DNA of 50,103 bases from a virus. Positions 45,719 through 50,103 of the stretch are shown here, piece by piece. The stretch lies in UHGV virus genome UHGV-0211888, one strand, 5' to 3'. The notes beneath the pieces are model-generated. The model did no database searches and had not been told where the DNA came from. It saw only the letters and a list, made by a program, of their open reading frames with translations. Numbering within the stretch: the first letter of the stretch is position 1; each line of letters begins with the position of its first letter. Both the position numbers and the translations under genes were made by a program.

Positions 45719-48700
45719 TTACTCCTTTCCTGATAAGTATTTAGTAACAGTAGAAGGCGACACATTCAATGTATCGGCTATTTCTGCTGTTGTCAGACCA
45801 CTATTAGCCATAGCTTTCATACGTGAAATCTTAGATGGGCTGAGAACAGTAGTAGTTCTAGGTAAGGCTAACTGTTTAAGCCTTTGATCATCTACATATT
45901 TCATGATATTTTTAAGACGGGCAGTTGATATTGCACCGGCTTGTATGGCAGCCCATTCATTATCTGTAATTGATATTGGGTGTCTTTTTGCACCTACTTT
46001 TCTTCTTGCTATCATAAGCTCCTTTTGGGAAAGCTTTTGATATTCTTCGTTTGTCATATTAGGATCTGCTTGCCTCTTGGCTTTAAGATTAGTCTGAGCT
46101 ATTACTTGAGCCTGACGCTCTCTAGGGGCATTTAACTCTGACTGATTAAGCTTGTATTTTAATTGTTGCACCTCTGTTGCATATTTTTGGGCAGCATCTC
46201 TAGAATAGGGAATGTCTTCTACAGCCATACTCTCTTTTCTAGATTTAAGAGCCAAAGCTTTCAAATAATTTGCATAATCGGCGTATAATTCCTCTTGAGG
46301 AGTGCCAGAACTTAATGCATGGGCATCTTTCACGGCATTCATCTTAGGAATATTCATCATAGCTTTCTTAGAAATAATCTTCTTAGGATCTGTGATCTGA
46401 ACATACTCTTTTGTCTCAGGATCTTTGTAATAGTATTTACCATCTTGAGCAAAAGCAGATACAGTTTTGGTCTTATTAGTACCATTTACCTTAATCTGTG
46501 TCTGGTAATATGTCCTGTTTGTGTCATGATACAATAACTCTCCGGTTTTAGGATCAGTATATCTTGTACCAACACCCTTCTTACCTTTAAACATCTCACC
46601 AGTAGATCTGTCAATATATGTTTCATTCTTCTCATCAACTACGTCAAGCTTCTTACCATTATCTTTACGATAGAATTCACCTGGTTTTCTTTCAGGAATA
46701 GCATAATCTGCACTTGCTTGAGAAATAAGTGTCGAAGCACCGCCAAGTTTTTCAGTTCCTGATAAAGGATCGTAATGAGATTGATATTTGGCTTTTAATT
46801 GAGAAATATTGTTGTCAATATATGACTGCTTATAGTCGTACTTGTGCTTTACTGCATCAATAACAACCATTGAATGTCTAACCGCACGAGCAATTTCATC
46901 ATCAGTTGCACCTCTGAGTGTCATATCAGTAATAAGATTCGAAATCTGTCCCATTTCCTTTTGTTTGGAACCTTCGGACATGATTTTATACTCTTTACCA
47001 TTACGATATGCATGCTCAGTTCCATCTTTATCAAATTTAATTTCAGATGGACCATATGAATCGCCAGGATCAAAATTTTCGAGACCTTTAAGAGCCTTAG
47101 AAGAATTGACTCTAGTATTATCACTTAATGGAATGCAAATAACAGTATCACCATCGAAGTCCGCACCAGACATTTTGGCTGCGGCTTTAGCAGTAATACC
47201 AATAGCATCGCTAGGGGTTTTACCAAGATGCTCTTGAGCTTCTTTGTTGTCATTGTTCACAGTTAAGACAGGAATCTCAAAAGTACCACCATGAGGGAAA
47301 CGAATAAGAGCAACTTGTCTACCATTAGGTAAATCTGGATTGTAACATTCATCATCCTTTAACGATGGAACAGGAAGAATAACCTTATACTTTTGACCAG
47401 AAAATGCAGCAGCCTTTAAACTAACAGAAGCGGCATCACAATCATCGGCATAAGATTCAAGCAAATGACGTTTAATAGTAGGATTAGTCAATGACATAAT
47501 CTCATCATATTCATCTTGTTTGTCTTTCTCAGATTGGAGTATTTGCTTCTTAATAGTAGATTTTGGTTGTTTAGATAGAAATTGAGAAGGAAGTTCATGC
47601 GACCAATCTCCCCAATCACCTTCATCAGATCTTTTGTTAATTGCTGACAAGGATTGTTTATTGCCTGTCATCGGATCAGTATATTTACCATTAGGATCAT
47701 CGTAATATGATTGACCACCGACTTCCTTGATTGCAGAACCGAAAGGATTGTCAGGATCTTTCTTAATAGCTTTAAGAACACCGCCATCGGAAGTAGGCTT
47801 TCCATTAGCATCAAATGCCTCCAAAGGAGTTCCGGTCTTCTTACTAGTATTAAATCTGATGTCAACACCTTTAGGAAGGTCATCTGAATAAACAGCCATA
47901 CCTTTAAGGTAATGAGTTCCATCGACCATAATACGAACCTGAGAATATGCAGATCCACCAAGACTTAAATCTTTAACTCCTGGACGAATCTCAATAAGAC
48001 CATCTCTTTCAGCACCGCCTTGATCACTATATCTGACAGCAACTCGCTTAGAAGATATAGAAGTCGGATACCTGAAAGAAGGTTCAAGTGTTTGCCCACC
48101 ATCTCTAGTGGTGAAGTCTTCAACGCCATGAATATCCTCCAATTTATAAGCATCAGAATATGGAACTCCAGGAGGACAAAGTACTTTAACAGTTGTAAAA
48201 TTTCCTTTATTAGTAGCTTGTTCTACTCTAATTGAATATACATTGTAGCCTTTTTCTTTGAGAATCTCAATAGCAGAATTAAGTTTCTCTCTTGAAACTC
48301 CTAAATATTTCTCAGATTGGGTTCCAACATCGATCATACCTTTTTCTTTTACAATAGTTTCGAGATTATCGGCAACTTTCTGAGTTTTACTAAGACGATT
48401 CTGTCTTTCAGAGTTTAATGCACTCCTGACGGAAGATTCGTTAATACCCAACTTTCTACCGATTTCTGTAGGAGTAAGACCATCTTTCTGCAAAGATTTA
48501 ATATCTGCTAGAATGAGTTTTCTTCTTTCTTCAGTTGCGATAGAACGCTTTGCTCTAAATTGAGTTGTACTCATTCCAAGAGCATTAGCAATCTCAACTT
48601 CGGACATTCCTTTAGACTTCATTTCATCAATACGGCTAAGAAAGTCACCGGTTCTTTGATAAGGATCATCACCAGAACCCCAAGGATAACGTCCTGAATG

Positions 48701-48814
48701 TCTTGGAGTACCATAATGTTTTACATCTTCATCTGATTCTTTATCCTCACCAAGAAAAATATCTGGAGAGGGTTTTTCTAAATTGATTTTTCCGTTTCGT
48801 TTTTGCTCGTTCAT
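45719..48814 (-). CDS. Two-barrel (DPBB) polymerase homologous to the multisubunit RNAP beta-prime/beta catalytic core (YonO-like single-subunit RNAP) fused to sigma-region-4-like HTH domains, 1031 aa.
   Basis: aa 503-556 LIRFPHGGTFEIPVL...AKAAAKMSGADFDGDTVICIPL (nt ~47147-47314). Compare beta-prime NRAPTLHRLGIQAFEPVL...AAYNADFDGDQMAVHVPL. aa 740-752 EMFKGKKGVGTRY (nt ~46571-46585); compare beta RHGNKGVVSRI. HTHs: MSEVEIANALGMSTTQFR, LTPTEIGRKLGINESSVRSAL, LTTAEIADTLNVSPSTVTKYL. Confidence 0.55.
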   Translation of the reverse strand: MNEQKRNGKINLEKPSPDIFLGEDKESDEDVKHYGTPRHSGRYPWGSGDDPYQRTGDFLSRIDEMKSKGMSEVEIANALGMSTTQFRAKRSIATEERRKLILADIKSLQKDGLTPTEIGRKLGINESSVRSALNSERQNRLSKTQKVADNLETIVKEKGMIDVGTQSEKYLGVSREKLNSAIEILKEKGYNVYSIRVEQATNKGNFTTVKVLCPPGVPYSDAYKLEDIHGVEDFTTRDGGQTLEPSFRYPTSISSKRVAVRYSDQGGAERDGLIEIRPGVKDLSLGGSAYSQVRIMVDGTHYLKGMAVYSDDLPKGVDIRFNTSKKTGTPLEAFDANGKPTSDGGVLKAIKKDPDNPFGSAIKEVGGQSYYDDPNGKYTDPMTGNKQSLSAINKRSDEGDWGDWSHELPSQFLSKQPKSTIKKQILQSEKDKQDEYDEIMSLTNPTIKRHLLESYADDCDAASVSLKAAAFSGQKYKVILPVPSLKDDECYNPDLPNGRQVALIRFPHGGTFEIPVLTVNNDNKEAQEHLGKTPSDAIGITAKAAAKMSGADFDGDTVICIPLSDNTRVNSSKALKGLENFDPGDSYGPSEIKFDKDGTEHAYRNGKEYKIMSEGSKQKEMGQISNLITDMTLRGATDDEIARAVRHSMVVIDAVKHKYDYKQSYIDNNISQLKAKYQSHYDPLSGTEKLGGASTLISQASADYAIPERKPGEFYRKDNGKKLDVVDEKNETYIDRSTGEMFKGKKGVGTRYTDPKTGELLYHDTNRTYYQTQIKVNGTNKTKTVSAFAQDGKYYYKDPETKEYVQITDPKKIISKKAMMNIPKMNAVKDAHALSSGTPQEELYADYANYLKALALKSRKESMAVEDIPYSRDAAQKYATEVQQLKYKLNQSELNAPRERQAQVIAQTNLKAKRQADPNMTNEEYQKLSQKELMIARRKVGAKRHPISITDNEWAAIQAGAISTARLKNIMKYVDDQRLKQLALPRTTTVLSPSKISRMKAMANSGLTTAEIADTLNVSPSTVTKYLSGKE

Positions 48815-49455
48815 TATCTAGAATTCCTTTCCATAATTTCTATGATCTGCTTGTTACGTATAACTATCAGATTCATAATATTCTCGATGTCATTTGGATT
48901 TGCTTCATCTTCGATGATCTGTTGATTTTGATAGATTCTTAAAATGATCTTAAAATCTTTAGGATGCTTGTGATACTCCAAACAGAATAAAGCAGCATAA
49001 ATCATAAGTTGCTCCATATGTGCAGGAATAGTACCAGATTTGTAATCTGAGATTCTGAGAATTCTTTCTCTATCAGAAAAATAAATAGCATCTGTTGTTC
49101 CGAAGCAATAGTTGCTGTAATAAAGAAGAACCTCGGAACTCATTCTGAATCCGATTGAGTCATTAACGAAGTTCATCAAATTTAATAGAATAGACTCAGT
49201 ATCAAAAGCAGAATATGGAATTCCAGCTTTATAAAGGGTGATGTTAATCAGATGCCTATCGCTCTTATTAAGCTTGGTTCCTGACTTAATACAATCACTC
49301 GCTAATTGATGAAGAGCTGTTCCCATATCAGTTGCATACTGAGAATAGAAACGTTGCTCAAAATTATCATCAGTCCAATTAAGCCAATGATAGTTGCTGC
49401 CGCCCATAAGGGCATGCTTTCCTTCCAAGTTGTGGTGGTCATTCCACATGATCAT
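48814..49455 (-). CDS. PD-(D/E)xK nuclease, RecB/YqaJ-like (213 aa).
   Basis: GTTDAIYF ... ISDYKSG (D...DxK) and EQLMIYAALF (the QhxxY motif of RecB-family nucleases). Confidence 0.45.
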   Translation of the reverse strand: MIMWNDHHNLEGKHALMGGSNYHWLNWTDDNFEQRFYSQYATDMGTALHQLASDCIKSGTKLNKSDRHLINITLYKAGIPYSAFDTESILLNLMNFVNDSIGFRMSSEVLLYYSNYCFGTTDAIYFSDRERILRISDYKSGTIPAHMEQLMIYAALFCLEYHKHPKDFKIILRIYQNQQIIEDEANPNDIENIMNLIVIRNKQIIEIMERNSR

Positions 49456-49486
49456 AATTGTTTTAATCCTCCATTCATATTATCTG

Positions 49487-49813
49487 CTAGTTCATGAAAT
49501 AGCAGGTCATCTCGTCTAATACTAATTTTTCGTTTTCAGGAAAAATAAAAGAAGAAAATCCCATGTTCGAAAATAGACTAATGTAATAGTCTTGATTCGG
49601 TTGATGTGGTTCATCTTGTCCTCTTTTACATTCAAGCATAGCCCATTTCTGCCCAAATAAGATAAGCAGATCAGGAATACCTTGAATATAGTTTGGATCA
49701 TTTTTTAGGACGACTACCCCTGGTAGACGCCTTTCAATCTGTTTAATTAAATGTGCTTGGAATTGATTTTCGCGTCTCACCTTGAGTAGCCCTCCTAAAG
49801 AATGAAAAAACAA
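49487..49813 (-). CDS. VRR-NUC domain nuclease (108 aa; the track start is TTG, and the true start may be internal).
   Basis: GIPDLLILFGQKWAMLECK matches the VRR-NUC PD..E.K core. This is the first gene after the control region. Confidence 0.6.
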   Translation of the reverse strand: MFFHSLGGLLKVRRENQFQAHLIKQIERRLPGVVVLKNDPNYIQGIPDLLILFGQKWAMLECKRGQDEPHQPNQDYYISLFSNMGFSSFIFPENEKLVLDEMTCYFMN

Positions 49814-49989
49814 AAAGGATAAGATTATCTTCTCCTCATAAAAGGCGTTGTTTCCATCGCGAAAAGAATATTAGTATATGCATTACTTATTATACTATTT
49901 TTAAAGTTAATCAATAAATTTAGTTCATTGTTTATTGTGCTATTTTTAGAAATTTTTGCATCTCTATTTTATCTGTGAAAAACAGTCAA

Positions 49990-50103
<114 letters not shown>

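Noticed and set aside
48660-48814. Similarity of the N-terminus of the RNAP-like protein (HYGTPRHSGRYPWGSG) to the YHYG-KG-KWG motif.
   Set aside because: Requires gaps, and only H-Y-G-T plus scattered G/R/Y residues align. Too weak to call homology.

Overview
The 50.1-kb window is AT-rich (roughly one-third GC by eye) and reads as a complete, or nearly complete, siphovirus-like phage genome. Every credible gene is on the minus strand; the + strand ORFs in the track are antisense shadows inside long minus-strand genes. The two window ends flank a single non-coding control region (49814-50103 plus 1-425) packed with iterons (TTGCCAC/GTGGCAA), phased T-tracts and a 24-nt poly-T run, which I read as the replication origin and early promoter region. 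This is consistent with a circular or circularly permuted contig opened in that region.

Gene order in the direction of transcription, from high to low coordinates:
- **Early block (49813-45455):** a VRR-NUC nuclease, a PD-(D/E)xK RecB-family nuclease, and a 1031-aa protein carrying a double-psi beta-barrel with an RNAP beta-prime-like NADFDGD-type active site (...GADFDGD...), a beta-like GKKGV segment and several sigma-region-4-like HTHs.
- **Structured intergenic region (45131-45454):** GC-rich, with a 17-bp inverted repeat.
- **Packaging (45130-39112):** small possible TerS, HNH endonuclease, two paralogous proteins carrying a repeated YHYG-KG-KWG-RRY motif module, large terminase, portal.
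- **Head (39097-36703):** a prohead protease (U35/S78-like)-scaffold-capsid fusion and two small head-tail connector-like proteins.
- **Tail (36691-18173):** two tandem paralogous ~222-aa tail-tube-like proteins; a second capsid-domain paralog fused to four Big_2 Ig-like repeats; three small chaperone-like proteins; a 2174-aa tape measure protein with ~63-aa tandem transmembrane repeats; a Dit-like 1026-aa protein; a Tal-like 1346-aa protein.
- **Accessory island (17.5-7.8 kb):** about 20 small, mostly N-terminally membrane-anchored or acidic proteins, including a duplicated paralog cassette. I see no recognisable endolysin here.
- **Replication block (7090-1014):** a single 1292-aa polypeptide fusing an SF3 helicase, an AEP primase and a family-B DNA polymerase; an SF2 helicase; ending at a hairpin terminator at 391-423.

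I find no integrase, tRNA or CRISPR array.

The leads I rank highest:
- the sigma-HTH-fused two-barrel RNAP-like protein;
- the fused helicase-primase-PolB polypeptide together with its iteron origin;
- the duplicated capsid and tail-tube genes;
- the conserved leader/promoter element family;
- the paralogous membrane-protein cassette;
- the HYG-KWG motif proteins.
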